Shown: positions 28,520 through 38,972 of the stretch, piece after piece
Layout of the letters: each line of letters begins with the position of its first letter
Position numbering within the stretch: the first letter of the stretch is position 1
Assembly: GCA_963668025.2 (NCBI GenBank)
Contig: CAXXTH010000017.1
Coordinates: forward strand, 352,001 to 416,000
Source of the DNA: Candidatus Hydrogenedentota bacterium
Lineage (GTDB): Bacteria > Hydrogenedentota > Hydrogenedentia > Hydrogenedentales > SLHB01
DNA length: 64,000 nucleotides
Reading direction: 5' to 3'
Position numbers and translations under genes: made by a program
Notes under the pieces: generated by a model
Told to the model about the DNA's origin: nothing
What the model saw: only the letters and a program-made list of their open reading frames with translations
The model's database searches: none

Positions 28520-30046
28520 TTCAATTCAAACGCCAACTACAACGTCTTGTTTCATGAACACGATGGTGAAGAGGCCGCTTCGCAAATCCAGGCCTTCGAG
28601 GACACTTGGCGCTGGGACCAAACAGCCGCGCGCGCCTATCAGGAAACCGTCGAGGCGGGCGGCCAGCTATCCGAGACGCTTCAGGCGTTCCGCAAGATCG
28701 TCGGCGCTTCGGACATGCTCGCCTATCTCGCCATGATGGCCCCGCGGTTAGCAGAATTAAAACGTGTTCTCAAGCTTACTGGGTCAATATATTTGCATTG
28801 TGACCCTACGGCGAGCCACTACCTCAAACTACTGTTGGATGCGGTATTCGGATCCAAACAATTCCTCAATGAGATTACGTGGAAACGCACGACTTCACAT
28901 AATGACCCGCAACGCTTTGGACGAATAACGGATCGAATACTGTTCTATGCAAAAGGGAAGGCACGAACATTTATCCGCCAGAGTGGCGATTACTCAGAAA
29001 CACAGTTATCTAGATATAAATACGAAGATGGTGGAGGAAAATATCGAGCAGAAAATCTGACCGCTCCTCATTTTTCATCCACCAGGACATGTGAATGGAG
29101 AGGAACCCATCCGGGAAAAAACCGGCAGTGGCGGTTTGGGATAGATGAACTAGAGCGCCTGTACAACGAAGGCCGGATTTTACTTCGCAGCGATGGCTGC
29201 CCCCGCAAAGATGGCTTGAAAGAATACTTGCATGAAGCGCCAGGCCAGGCATTACAGGATCTGTGGGCTGACATCCTCGTCGGTCCAACCTCATCCGAAC
29301 GGCTCGGTTATCCCACGCAGAAGCCTTTGGCTCTCCTGGAACGCATCATCAGTGCATCTTCTTATGAAGGCGATGTCGTCCTTGATCCGTTTTGCGGCTG
29401 TGGCACAGCCATTGACGCCGCGCAAAAATTGGGCCGCCGATGGATCGGTATTGACATCACCCACCTCGCCATCAACCTAATCCGCCACCGCCTGCGCGAC
29501 ACCTACGGCGACGATATCGAATCCTCTTATCATGTCATCGGAGAGCCTGCCTCCGTGCCCGATGCCCGCGTTCTGGCGGAGCAAGATCCGTATCAATTCC
29601 AATGGTGGGCGCTGAGTCTTGTAGGCGCGCGGCCTGTCGAGCAGAAAAAAGGCTCCGACAAAGGTATTGATGGGCGCATCTATTTCCATGAAGGAGATGG
29701 CGAAACCCGCCAAGTGGTGTTATCCGTCAAGGCGGGCAAATCCCAACCCGCGCATGTGCGTGATTTGCTGGGCGTTCTCGAACGGGAGAAAGCCGCCATC
29801 GGCGTGTTGCTCCTCATGCACCCGCCCACCAAGCCCATGCGCGAAGAAGCGGCTACGGCGGGCTTTTACACATCGCCCTGGGGCCAGCATCCCCGGCTGC
29901 AAATCCTTGCCATTTCCGATCTGCTGGAAGGCCGGCGCATCAATATGCCCCGGCTCACGGGTTCCGATAAAACCTACAAAAAAGCCAAAAAACACGTGCA
30001 AAACGGCGGCTCCCAACTGGTGCTCGAAGAGAGCGGCGAATACTGA
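28520..30046 (+). pseudogene. 5'-truncated N6/N4 DNA methyltransferase fused to an Mrr-like endonuclease domain
   Basis: The frame begins FNSNANYNVLF without the preceding DPP, with an in-frame TAG at 28481. It retains GSIYLHCD, YPTQKP, LDPFCGCGT and a C-terminal DKGIDG...SVKAG. Confidence 0.75.
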
Positions 30047-30160
30047 TACCTTTCGCCTTATCTTGCCCACATTCTTCTCCGCCGTTTTTGGAAATCAACA
30101 CGCCCGCTGATATATGGTATTTCAGCAAACTGACATCAACCATGGAGAAGGGCTTCGAAC

Positions 30161-31234
30161 ATGACACCCAAAGCGCGCGTGTTTGCCACTTTTAATCATC
30201 AGATTCCGGATCGCGTTCCTATCGATTATAGCGCAAATCTTGATATTGACCGGCGGCTGAAAGAACACTTCGGCCTGAAGCCTGATGATTGGGAAGGCCT
30301 GCTGGAAGTTCTCGGTGTGGATTTCCGCGCGATAGGCGCTCCGTACACCGGGCCAAAGCTTCACGCGGACATCCCCGATCGCGGTGTGCAGGTGGATGAT
30401 TGGGGAATTCATACGCGCTGGATCGAGCACCCATCCGGCGGTTATTGGGATTTCTGCGATTTCCCGCTGCGCAACGCCACCGAAGAAGAAGTGGCCAATT
30501 GGCCGCTGCCGAATCCGGATGATTATGACTATAGTGGAATCGCCGATTTGTGCCAGCATCATGGACAATACGCCTGTTTCGTGGGGCATCCAGGAACAGG
30601 CGATATCATCAATTGCAATGGCATGCTGCGCGGCATGGAACAAACGCTGATCGATCTGGTGACGGAAGATCCAGCAGGGCTCTTATTGGCCCGCCGCCGT
30701 ACAGACATCCATCTGAAGATGCTCGAACGGATACTCGATGCCGCCAAGGGCGGTGTGGATTTTATGTGGCTGGGCGAAGACCTCGGCTCGCAAATCGCCC
30801 CCATGATTAGCTTGGATACCTTCCGCGCGCAGATCCGTCCATTGCATCAACAGCTAATAGACCTCGCAAAAAGCTACAATCTCCCGGTAATGATTCATAC
30901 ATGCGGCTCCAGCAGTTGGGCGTATGAAGATTTTATCGAAATGGGGATCAACGTGGTCGATACCCTTCAGCCCGAAGCCGTGAACATGTCGCCGGAATAC
31001 CTCAAGAAGGCCTTCGGCGGGCGGCTCGCATTCCATGGCTGCATCTCGACCGCAGGCCCAGTCGCCACAGGCTCTGTCGAGGAAACCGTGGCCTATTGCC
31101 GGAATACCCTCGATATCATGATGCCTGGCGGCGGGTATTGTTTTACGCCCACACATGCGCTTCAAGACAACTCGCCGACGGAAAATGTCTTGGCCATGTA
31201 TGAGACGGGGAAAACATATGGGACATACCGCTAA
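30161..31234 (+). CDS. Uroporphyrinogen decarboxylase-like (URO-D/MtaA-CmuA superfamily) protein
   Basis: PDRVP, LRGME, GEDLG, HTCG and PGGGY motifs. Confidence 0.85.
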   Translation: MTPKARVFATFNHQIPDRVPIDYSANLDIDRRLKEHFGLKPDDWEGLLEVLGVDFRAIGAPYTGPKLHADIPDRGVQVDDWGIHTRWIEHPSGGYWDFCDFPLRNATEEEVANWPLPNPDDYDYSGIADLCQHHGQYACFVGHPGTGDIINCNGMLRGMEQTLIDLVTEDPAGLLLARRRTDIHLKMLERILDAAKGGVDFMWLGEDLGSQIAPMISLDTFRAQIRPLHQQLIDLAKSYNLPVMIHTCGSSSWAYEDFIEMGINVVDTLQPEAVNMSPEYLKKAFGGRLAFHGCISTAGPVATGSVEETVAYCRNTLDIMMPGGGYCFTPTHALQDNSPTENVLAMYETGKTYGTYR

Positions 31235-31285
31235 CGCCCCAGGCGTTGGCGATATGCCCCATATTTAAAAACGTGCTATTGGCGC

Positions 31286-32290
31286 TTACAGCAATTCCGC
31301 GATCTGTACGGCGTTGAGAGCGGCGCCTTTTAGCAGGTTATCCGCCACAATCCACATATCGAGCGCGGTCGGGTGCGAGATGTCTTCACGGATGCGCCCT
31401 ACAAAGGTTTCTCCGCGCCCAACGGCATCGATAGCCAGCGGATATAGTTGATTCGCCAGATCGTCTTGGACAATCACGCCAGGAGCCTTGGACAAAATCT
31501 CCCGCGCCTGCTGGGCGGTCAACTTGATCTTAGTCTCGACATTCACGGACTCGCTATGACCCGTATGGACTGGGACGCGGACGGTCGTGGCCGTGACGCG
31601 GATGCTGGCGTCGCCCATGATCTTTTTAGTCTCGTTGACCATTTTCATTTCTTCGGAGGTGTATCCATTCGCTTCAAAGGCATTGCTTTGCGGGATTTGG
31701 GGAATGCAGTTAAACGCGATTGGATGCGGAAACACCACGCATACCGGATGATTTCCATCCAGCACGGCGCGGCTCTGCGCGTCCAGTTCCGCCAACGCCT
31801 TGACGCCCGCTCCCGAAACCGCCTGGTAGGTGGACACAACGACCCGCGTGATCGTCGCGGCGTCATGCAACGGCTTGAGAATCACCACCATTTGAATCGT
31901 CGAGCAATTCGGATTGGCGATGATCCCTTTGTGCTTCGCGATGTCTTGCGGATTCACTTCCGGCACCACAAGGGGCACTTCCGGGTCCATGCGCCATGCG
32001 CTCGAATTATCCACCACCACGCAGCCATCACGCGCCGCGCAAGGAGCATACTTCAAGCTCGTGCCGCCGCCCGCGCTGAACAGCGCCACATCGACGCCCT
32101 TGAAGGAATCTTCACACAGCACTTCCACCGGCAGCTTCTCTCCCTTAAAGGCCAGCGTCTTCCCCTTGGATTTCTCGGAAGCGAGCAACTTAATGGATTT
32201 AATGGGAAAGTTGCGCTCTTCGAGCGTTTTGAGCATTTGCGAGCCGACGAGCCCGGTGGCCCCGGCGACCGCGACGACTTTGGGGGTCAT
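31286..32290 (-). CDS. asd: Aspartate-semialdehyde dehydrogenase
   Basis: GATGLVG, DNSSAWRM, ANPNCST, RVPV and DNLLKGAALN motifs. Confidence 0.97.
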   Translation of the reverse strand: MTPKVVAVAGATGLVGSQMLKTLEERNFPIKSIKLLASEKSKGKTLAFKGEKLPVEVLCEDSFKGVDVALFSAGGGTSLKYAPCAARDGCVVVDNSSAWRMDPEVPLVVPEVNPQDIAKHKGIIANPNCSTIQMVVILKPLHDAATITRVVVSTYQAVSGAGVKALAELDAQSRAVLDGNHPVCVVFPHPIAFNCIPQIPQSNAFEANGYTSEEMKMVNETKKIMGDASIRVTATTVRVPVHTGHSESVNVETKIKLTAQQAREILSKAPGVIVQDDLANQLYPLAIDAVGRGETFVGRIREDISHPTALDMWIVADNLLKGAALNAVQIAELL

Positions 32291-32549
32291 GGCCTGTTTT
32301 CTCCTCTTACAAACGGTTGCGATTGATTGATATGCCCTTATGCACAAAATATGGGCGAGCCCACCTGCGAATGCCCGGCGGTGAGTCGCATAATATAACG
32401 CAACGATACGCAATATTTCCAACTCACTTGCTTTTTCCACGTGGCCGATGTACAAAATCAACCTGCCCGTGATTATTACCTAAACGCTTTCGGAAGCGTT
32501 TATGTTTCCACAGTCAGGCCCGCATCATTCTCGAAGGAGCAGCACTATC

Positions 32550-33302
32550 ATGCAAGACAACGGACGCATACTCGCCATTCATTGCCATCCAGACGACGCC
32601 GAGTTCACCTGCGGCGGCACACTGTCGCTGTTGCGAAAGAAAGGCTACGATGTCCATATCGCCACGATGACCGCAGGCAACGCTGGAAGCCATGAGGAAT
32701 CACATTTCGTCACGGGCGGCGTCCGCCGGGAAGAAGCGCGAAAATCCGCCGAATCGATTGGCGCGCATTACTACTGCCTTGAAGTGGATGATCTCTGTGT
32801 CGATGTGACCGACTTTTTACGGCGGCGCGTCACCGGCCTCATCCGCATGGTGGACCCCTTCCTGATCATCGCGCCTCCTCCCGAGGATTACATGTTCGAC
32901 CACGAGAACACCAGCCGCCTCGTGCGCGACGCCACGTTTTGCGCGCCAATCCCTTTGTATGGCGCGCAAGGAAGTTATCCAGGCGCCTCGACGCTTCCAT
33001 ATCTCTATTATACTTCTCCTACCTCGGGCCACGATCAGTACGGCCATTTCGTCGAGATGCCCATCATAATTGACATCACCACGGCCATCGAGACGAAGAA
33101 GGCCATGCTCGCCTGCCATGCGAGCCAGCGCGAATGGCTTAGGCTTAAACACGGCATGGATGAATATATCGAGTCCGCATTGGCTTGGTCCGCCGAGACT
33201 GGTAAAAGCGCCTGCTGCGCCTATGCGGAAGGATTCCGCCAGTATCTCGGCCCCTATTACCCGAATGACGATATCCTCAGCCAAATTTTGAGGAAAGAAT
33301 GA
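32550..33302 (+). CDS. PIG-L family deacetylase
   Basis: HPDD, RREE, DHE, HASQ and AEGF motifs. Confidence 0.9.
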   Translation: MQDNGRILAIHCHPDDAEFTCGGTLSLLRKKGYDVHIATMTAGNAGSHEESHFVTGGVRREEARKSAESIGAHYYCLEVDDLCVDVTDFLRRRVTGLIRMVDPFLIIAPPPEDYMFDHENTSRLVRDATFCAPIPLYGAQGSYPGASTLPYLYYTSPTSGHDQYGHFVEMPIIIDITTAIETKKAMLACHASQREWLRLKHGMDEYIESALAWSAETGKSACCAYAEGFRQYLGPYYPNDDILSQILRKE

Positions 33303-33341
33303 GAGTAAGGATATGAGGCCCCACCAGCCTTGATATGGCGG

Positions 33342-34079
33342 CTACATGCCCATATCGTTCATGGTTTTTTCTTGCTGCTGGGTGTGGGTATCGGCGATGC
33401 CTTGCGCGCCGCCACGCATGCGCGAGCCGGCTGATGACGCTCCTGCGTTGCTCATGGCGTTCAATTGCTGCTGCATGCCTAGGCCTGTTACGGCGCCTGC
33501 CATCCCTGCTCCACCTCCTTGTGGGGCTCCTCCGGGCGGATATACCGCGCCTGCCAATGGATCATACGTAAAATCCTGGCCGTTCGATGCTTTCGGCACC
33601 GCCAGCATATAGCGGGGCGCTAAGACTTGCAACGCGGGCGGATACTTGCCATTGGCGCGGGCGTATGTTGCGACGGCGCTGCGCAGGGCTTGCAATGACA
33701 ATGCATCATTACTATTCAAGGCGGCGGGGCTTGCCAGCGCGGGCGCGGGAGATGCCGCCGCACGGCCCTCGAGCAGATTGCCGGTTGCCGGGTCATACCC
33801 ATAAGGCGAACCGTCCGGCTGCTTCGGGATTTCCGTGAGATATCCTTCCCGAACCATCGCCTCGAGAGAGGGCGGATTCACGCCTTTTTCCGCGCGATAT
33901 GCCTGAATGGCTTCTTGCGGCCCAAGCTTGCCGGTAACCTGTTTGGCGTAATTGATTGCCTGAAAACCTTGCTTGGCGTTTTGAGCATCCATGCTCGAGC
34001 CTATTGCCGCCGCCCCGAGTATTTCCAGCCCGCATCCCGCCAATGGCAACACCAACAACACGAAAATGATACAACGCAT
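33342..34079 (-). CDS. Lipoprotein with two pseudopilin-head-like repeats
   Basis: Lipobox LAGC; repeats YRAEKGVNPPSLEAMV...YGYDP and YARANGKYPPALQVLA...FTYDP. Confidence 0.6.
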   Translation of the reverse strand: MRCIIFVLLVLPLAGCGLEILGAAAIGSSMDAQNAKQGFQAINYAKQVTGKLGPQEAIQAYRAEKGVNPPSLEAMVREGYLTEIPKQPDGSPYGYDPATGNLLEGRAAASPAPALASPAALNSNDALSLQALRSAVATYARANGKYPPALQVLAPRYMLAVPKASNGQDFTYDPLAGAVYPPGGAPQGGGAGMAGAVTGLGMQQQLNAMSNAGASSAGSRMRGGAQGIADTHTQQQEKTMNDMGM

Positions 34080-34341
34080 AGTGCAAAATCCTTCTCATAT
34101 GAAAGCATCCCATGAACGATGCCGCTATCAAAAAGAAGCCCTCTTTCCCGAGCGCCACGTTTTATTGATTGTATCATATTAGCCAAAGGCTGCTTCCAAC
34201 ATCTTGCTTTAAGAAAAAATTGTAACTGCCTAGCCGTTTCCGTTGTATTGTGTGGGATGCGGCTTCCTTATGACGCATACCTGCACTTGCATCAAAAAGA
34301 CCTTTGAAGAATCGCAATTCCTCAAAGGTCTTTTTTCATGC

Positions 34342-34401
34342 CCACAAAAGGCTCAAAAACACAAGAGAGAGATTCTTTACGCCCACGTGCGCCTTCTGTG
34401 G
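34342..34401. repeat. Degenerate periodic palindrome
   Basis: CCACAAAAGGCTCAAAAACACAAGA ... CGTGCGCCTTCTGTGG. Confidence 0.6.
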
Positions 34402-34488
34402 CGAAATGACCGCCATATGGCTGGCCGAGATTCGATTCGTAGTCCTGCGCGGTTTAGGGTAAAATAGTAGAAAAGGAATCCGTGGAGT

Positions 34489-35625
34489 ATGGATAAGATT
34501 TCTGCACAGGGTTGTGGGGTTTTTTTGGGCATTCTAGCGGCAGGCATGGCGCTGGGAGTCTTTTCGGTTCCAGCGCTGGCGCTTGTGGCGGCGTTGCTCG
34601 CGGCGCTGGCGCTCCTGGTGAGTTTTTGGGGGATATGGGAATCGCGGCGGACCCGCAAGGGCGTGGTGTTTGCGGCTGCTGGCGTTATTCTATCACTGGC
34701 GTCGTTGGGCGCCATTGGAGCCGCACTTTTATCCAATGCGGCCGGGGTGAAGACGCCTCAAGACAGCGCCCAGCTCAATGCCCCACAGACCCGCCGGCAA
34801 TCGCCTCCCGCTACGCATGCGATTGCGCCCCCGCCGCTGCCTAAGGAACCTGGCGAACCGGCCAAACCGTCGAGCACAAACAAACCCGTTGAGCCTGATG
34901 CGCGCGTGACGCCGCCCGAAAATGGTACAGCCACTCCCACTCCATCCACGGCTCCGGAAGAAACGACTTCCGCTGATGGCATGCTGCGTTCCGTGGATAT
35001 GGGCCAGCCCCAAGAACAACCGCCTTCTCAGGCGGAGCGCCTGAGCGAACGGATCAGCGCGTTATCCGCGGAAAGCGCAAGCTTGCCGGAAGCGGAATTA
35101 TGGACGAAAGCCAGCGCATTGCGCGCCGATATCCGCGCGCTCGGAAATGATGTGAATACAACGGCTCCACTGGATACGCAACTGGATAAGGTGATTGCAG
35201 ACAAATTGGAGCGCAAGGCGGAGGAGCCGCTTGCCCAGGCGCAACAAACATATAACGGGGGGGAGCTCGAAAAAGCCATCGCGGCAGCCCGCCAAGTATA
35301 CGCGGTGTTTCAAGCGCCGGATGCGCCGCTGCTTGCAAATCCCCAATCCCTGCAATCCAAGGCATGGAGCCAAGCGCAGATGATCGAAAAAACCGCCCAG
35401 GCGCGCATGGAAATGGCCGATAATCCCGCAGTGCGGTTCCGGCTGCGCGGCATCATGGGCGGCGCGGAACACACATACGCCTTGCTCGATGATCTGCTAC
35501 TGGGCAAGCAAGCCAGCGTGCGCGTTGGCGACCGGCTCGATACATTTCGCGTGGATAGCATAGACGCCAAACAAGGCACGGTAATACTCAGCCGGGGCTC
35601 GAAAACCGCCACGATCTTTCGCTGA
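34489..35625 (+). CDS. Membrane protein with a Pro-rich linker and a C-terminal GspC/PilP-like beta domain
   Basis: N-terminal TMs; C-terminal FRLRGIMG...VRVGDRLDTFRVDSID...VIL. Confidence 0.55.
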   Translation: MDKISAQGCGVFLGILAAGMALGVFSVPALALVAALLAALALLVSFWGIWESRRTRKGVVFAAAGVILSLASLGAIGAALLSNAAGVKTPQDSAQLNAPQTRRQSPPATHAIAPPPLPKEPGEPAKPSSTNKPVEPDARVTPPENGTATPTPSTAPEETTSADGMLRSVDMGQPQEQPPSQAERLSERISALSAESASLPEAELWTKASALRADIRALGNDVNTTAPLDTQLDKVIADKLERKAEEPLAQAQQTYNGGELEKAIAAARQVYAVFQAPDAPLLANPQSLQSKAWSQAQMIEKTAQARMEMADNPAVRFRLRGIMGGAEHTYALLDDLLLGKQASVRVGDRLDTFRVDSIDAKQGTVILSRGSKTATIFR

Positions 35626-35687
35626 AACGGGCTTATATTCGAGATGTTCATGGCCTAGCATGCAGCCAGGCCATGAACAATGCAATC

Positions 35688-36584
35688 CTAAAAAGCAGTT
35701 AGATGGCGGAATGCCTCGTACCGTTTTTCGATGATCTCGCGGTCAATTTCGGTCAGCCGTGCGGGGCCGAATTGTTCGCAGGTGAAGGAGGCGGTCACGG
35801 TGCCGTAGACCACCGCCCGTTTCAACGACGCCAGATCGATGGTCTCATATTGGGCCAGATAGCCCATGAATCCTCCGGCGAACGAATCGCCCGCCCCCGT
35901 CGGATCAGCTACATGGGTGAGCGGGAACGCCGGAACCGCGAAGATGTCATCCTGCCGGAACAGCATGCAGCCATGCTCGCCTTTTTTGACGACGACGATG
36001 GAAGGCCCCAGCAACAATATGGCGCGCGCGCCTTTCACCACGTTGGATTCACCGGTCAGGTCTTTCACTTCGGAATCATTAATAATCAACACATCCACCC
36101 GCGCCAGCACCTTGAGGAGATCCTCCCGCGTGGTGTTGATCCACATGTTCATGGTGTCCAGGCCCACAAAAGCCGCCCCGGCCTGGTCTAGCACGGAGAT
36201 CTGAAGCGTGGGATGGATGTTAGCCAGAAAAAGGAATTTCGCTTTGCGGGCCGCATCCGTCAATTTGGGCTGGAATTGCTCGAATACGTTGAGCTGGGTG
36301 TCCAGGGTGTCCCGCTGGTTTACATCTTCATGGTACCGGCCCGACCAGCGGAACGTTTTTCCGGGGGCGTGTTCGAGGCCGTCGATATCAACGCCGCGAC
36401 CCGCTAGCAAATCCACATGGGCTTGGGGAAAATCATCGCCCACAACGCCCACCACGTGCACTTTCGTGTAATGGGAGGCCGCGAGTGAAAAATAGGTGGC
36501 CGCGCCGCCCAATCCATCCAGATTGCGCCCCGCGGGGCTTTCGACGGTGTCCAAGGCCACGGAACCAACGACGGTAACGCTCAT
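35688..36584 (-). CDS. PfkB family sugar/nucleoside kinase
   Basis: GSVALD, LGGAATY and DPTGAGDSFAGG motifs. Confidence 0.93.
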   Translation of the reverse strand: MSVTVVGSVALDTVESPAGRNLDGLGGAATYFSLAASHYTKVHVVGVVGDDFPQAHVDLLAGRGVDIDGLEHAPGKTFRWSGRYHEDVNQRDTLDTQLNVFEQFQPKLTDAARKAKFLFLANIHPTLQISVLDQAGAAFVGLDTMNMWINTTREDLLKVLARVDVLIINDSEVKDLTGESNVVKGARAILLLGPSIVVVKKGEHGCMLFRQDDIFAVPAFPLTHVADPTGAGDSFAGGFMGYLAQYETIDLASLKRAVVYGTVTASFTCEQFGPARLTEIDREIIEKRYEAFRHLTAF

Positions 36585-36705
36585 GGGATGCTGCTCCTTT
36601 GGTTGCATGTCCGGGCGCAAATGCTATACGCAGGATTATCGCGCCACTTTCGTACAGTTTCTTCAACAAGATACAAATCATTTAATATAGATACGCGGAG
36701 AACTG

Positions 36706-36766
36706 GCCACGAAAGGCGCAAGAGCCACCGCAGAATGATTTTTGCGTTTCTTGCACCTGTTGTGGC
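36706..36766. repeat. Periodic palindrome
   Basis: GCCACGAAAGGCGCAAGAGCCACCGCAGAA ... TTTTGCGTTTCTTGCACCTGTTGTGGC. Confidence 0.65.
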
Positions 36767-36859
36767 GTATCACGTTTTTTCTGTTTTTATATGTGATTAC
36801 CCCGAATATACGTATTTCACTTGGCAACTGGTGGGGCAAGCCCCACCCACATGCTTGCG

Positions 36860-38926
36860 TTAATGCGCCTCATCCGCGCCTACCTCGGCAGGTTCTTCGC
36901 TCCGCTTCTCGAAATCGAATTCCTCTGTCTTCGGGATTTGCTGTGGAATACGCACCTCGCATTTATCGCCGTCGCAATAGAGGTCCTGGGCCTCGTCCGT
37001 ATTGAGATCATAGAACTCGATAGGCTTCAGCCGCGCGATGGCATGCTGGTACATCTCCGCGCTGATTTCTTGATACGGGGCTTGGGCGTACTGGTGGTCG
37101 CTCAAGGGAAGAAAACTGACGGATTTCAATCGTGATTCGTACAGCTCGAGAATCTGCGGCAGATCACACGCCTCTTCGGGGCGGAAAGTCACGGTGACGC
37201 TCACCTGATTATCGGCCCAGTAATATTGCATCTGCGCCGCATTCTCGACTTGCTCCCAGATGGATACGTCGTTCTTCGAACGTTCGAAATTCATGGACTC
37301 GACTGGAAACGAGACCACCCATGTGTTGTCCCCGTAGACGGATTCCTCGATGTGGTAGCCCGCATTGCGCAATGGCTCGACGAGCGGGCTGGTTTTGTCA
37401 AGGCGGATGGCGCGCAGATAATAGCGGGAATGGGGGTAATGGATGCCCGGCGTCACGCCAGGGAGCAGCGAGACCGTGCCGCTGGGCTTTACGCTGGTCT
37501 TCTTGATGCTCTCGGGAATGCACAGCCACTGGGCGTAAATGCGGTCCAGATCGCAGATATATTGGTAGCCTTTATCGCACCACTCGAGATGGGCGCGCCG
37601 GCCATGCTTCTCGAAGGATTCGACAATGCCGGACTGCGACAATCCGATGCGACGGTTGCGCAGCATGATGGCGTTGGTGCGCTCGTTGTGCGTCGGAATG
37701 AGGGTCACTGTTTTGGCGTATAAATAGGCAAACTTGAGGGTGCGTTTATATTCATCGAAGCTTTCATGCAGCGACGGGAAGGTTTCAACGAGGTTGCAGA
37801 TCTCGTAGGATTCGAGGCTTTGTTCGGCGCAAGGATTTGTACCGGCGACTTTAACATCACGGTACGTAGGCCCGTCTTTCAAGCGGCCATACGCGCGCGC
37901 GTTTTCGAGCCAGAAGTAGCCGGGCTCGCCATTTTTGGCGGTTTGTTCGCCCAGCATCCGGTAATCCATGCCCATGGAGGCGGAAACGCTGTTGTTTGAA
38001 GCCCAGCGCCAAGCCATCAGTTTTTTACTGTTCAATTCCGGGTCTTTGAGTTTAAGGTACTCCGCATCGCCAGGATCGCCCAGGGCCAGTTCCGCCGTCC
38101 GGCGCACGCCTCCGGATACGACGCATTTCCCGATGACATTCATCAGGTCCGTGATATCCACGGAGCTGATGCGGTCGCCCGTGCGGGGCTGCAGAATGGC
38201 GTGGATATTCTCGATGCAGTCCATCAACGGCTTGGGGCCGGGGGCAATGCCGCCAAAAGTGCGGATGGGCGACCCGAGCGGGCGTATTTTCGAATAATCA
38301 ATGTGTAGCGGCAGCTTGTCCCGCCCGGCATAGGACTCGAGCACGCAACGGACCAGATCGACCCAGCCCTCTTTCGAGTCATCCACCACATGCGTGTAAT
38401 CGGCGGTCTTGGGCTCATGTATCAGCAATGCGCCCGCGCCTTTCGTATCGAACGCCACGCCCACGCCCAGCAGGGACATATCCATCAAAAAGCAAAATGG
38501 TTCGGAAAAACTAAAATCTATCTCCGCCGTGGACACAAAGGCGCAGTTATTTAAAGCAGCCGAGCCCCGCTCATAGATGTAGTCCGTGCCCATCATCCAA
38601 AGGCCACGGCCTGGGGGCAGAAATTTGAATTCCCACATGAGGCGGAACATTTCTTGGGCGGAACGCTGGGCCTTATGAGGGTTCCAAGGCAGCTTGAGGT
38701 TGCGGCAATGGTTGATCTGGATGGTGTAACATCCCTCGACGACCCGGCGCACGGTCTCCCAGTATTCCTCGGTGCGCCCGCCACTATCCGGCACGGCGCG
38801 GGCATAGGTGCGCTTGAAGGTCACATATCCCAGCGGGCCCCATTTAGGCTGGCCGCCTCGATAGCGTTCGATAAAATTGTCCGATAATTTAAAACGTTCT
38901 TTGGCTTCAAACAGCATTTCTTTCAC
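36860..38926 (-). CDS. nrdJ: Class II (adenosylcobalamin-dependent) ribonucleotide reductase, RTPR-like
   Basis: PPGRGLW, LNNC, GGVRRTA, NPCAEQ, CNL, KPSGT and a C-terminal CDGDKC. Confidence 0.93.
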   Translation of the reverse strand: MKEMLFEAKERFKLSDNFIERYRGGQPKWGPLGYVTFKRTYARAVPDSGGRTEEYWETVRRVVEGCYTIQINHCRNLKLPWNPHKAQRSAQEMFRLMWEFKFLPPGRGLWMMGTDYIYERGSAALNNCAFVSTAEIDFSFSEPFCFLMDMSLLGVGVAFDTKGAGALLIHEPKTADYTHVVDDSKEGWVDLVRCVLESYAGRDKLPLHIDYSKIRPLGSPIRTFGGIAPGPKPLMDCIENIHAILQPRTGDRISSVDITDLMNVIGKCVVSGGVRRTAELALGDPGDAEYLKLKDPELNSKKLMAWRWASNNSVSASMGMDYRMLGEQTAKNGEPGYFWLENARAYGRLKDGPTYRDVKVAGTNPCAEQSLESYEICNLVETFPSLHESFDEYKRTLKFAYLYAKTVTLIPTHNERTNAIMLRNRRIGLSQSGIVESFEKHGRRAHLEWCDKGYQYICDLDRIYAQWLCIPESIKKTSVKPSGTVSLLPGVTPGIHYPHSRYYLRAIRLDKTSPLVEPLRNAGYHIEESVYGDNTWVVSFPVESMNFERSKNDVSIWEQVENAAQMQYYWADNQVSVTVTFRPEEACDLPQILELYESRLKSVSFLPLSDHQYAQAPYQEISAEMYQHAIARLKPIEFYDLNTDEAQDLYCDGDKCEVRIPQQIPKTEEFDFEKRSEEPAEVGADEAH

Positions 38927-38972
38927 CTCATATTTCCTTCAAAGCGCCCCCGCTTAGCCTGCCCCAAGTCCC

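Noticed and set aside
30161-31234. hemE
   Set aside because: The HxC motif and overall pattern fit the broad URO-D/MtaA-like family rather than a true HemE, and there are no haem genes nearby.
36860-38926. Intein in nrdJ (rtcB also checked) or a cobalamin riboswitch upstream
   Set aside because: Protein lengths and motif spacing are normal, and no B12-box pattern was recognised.
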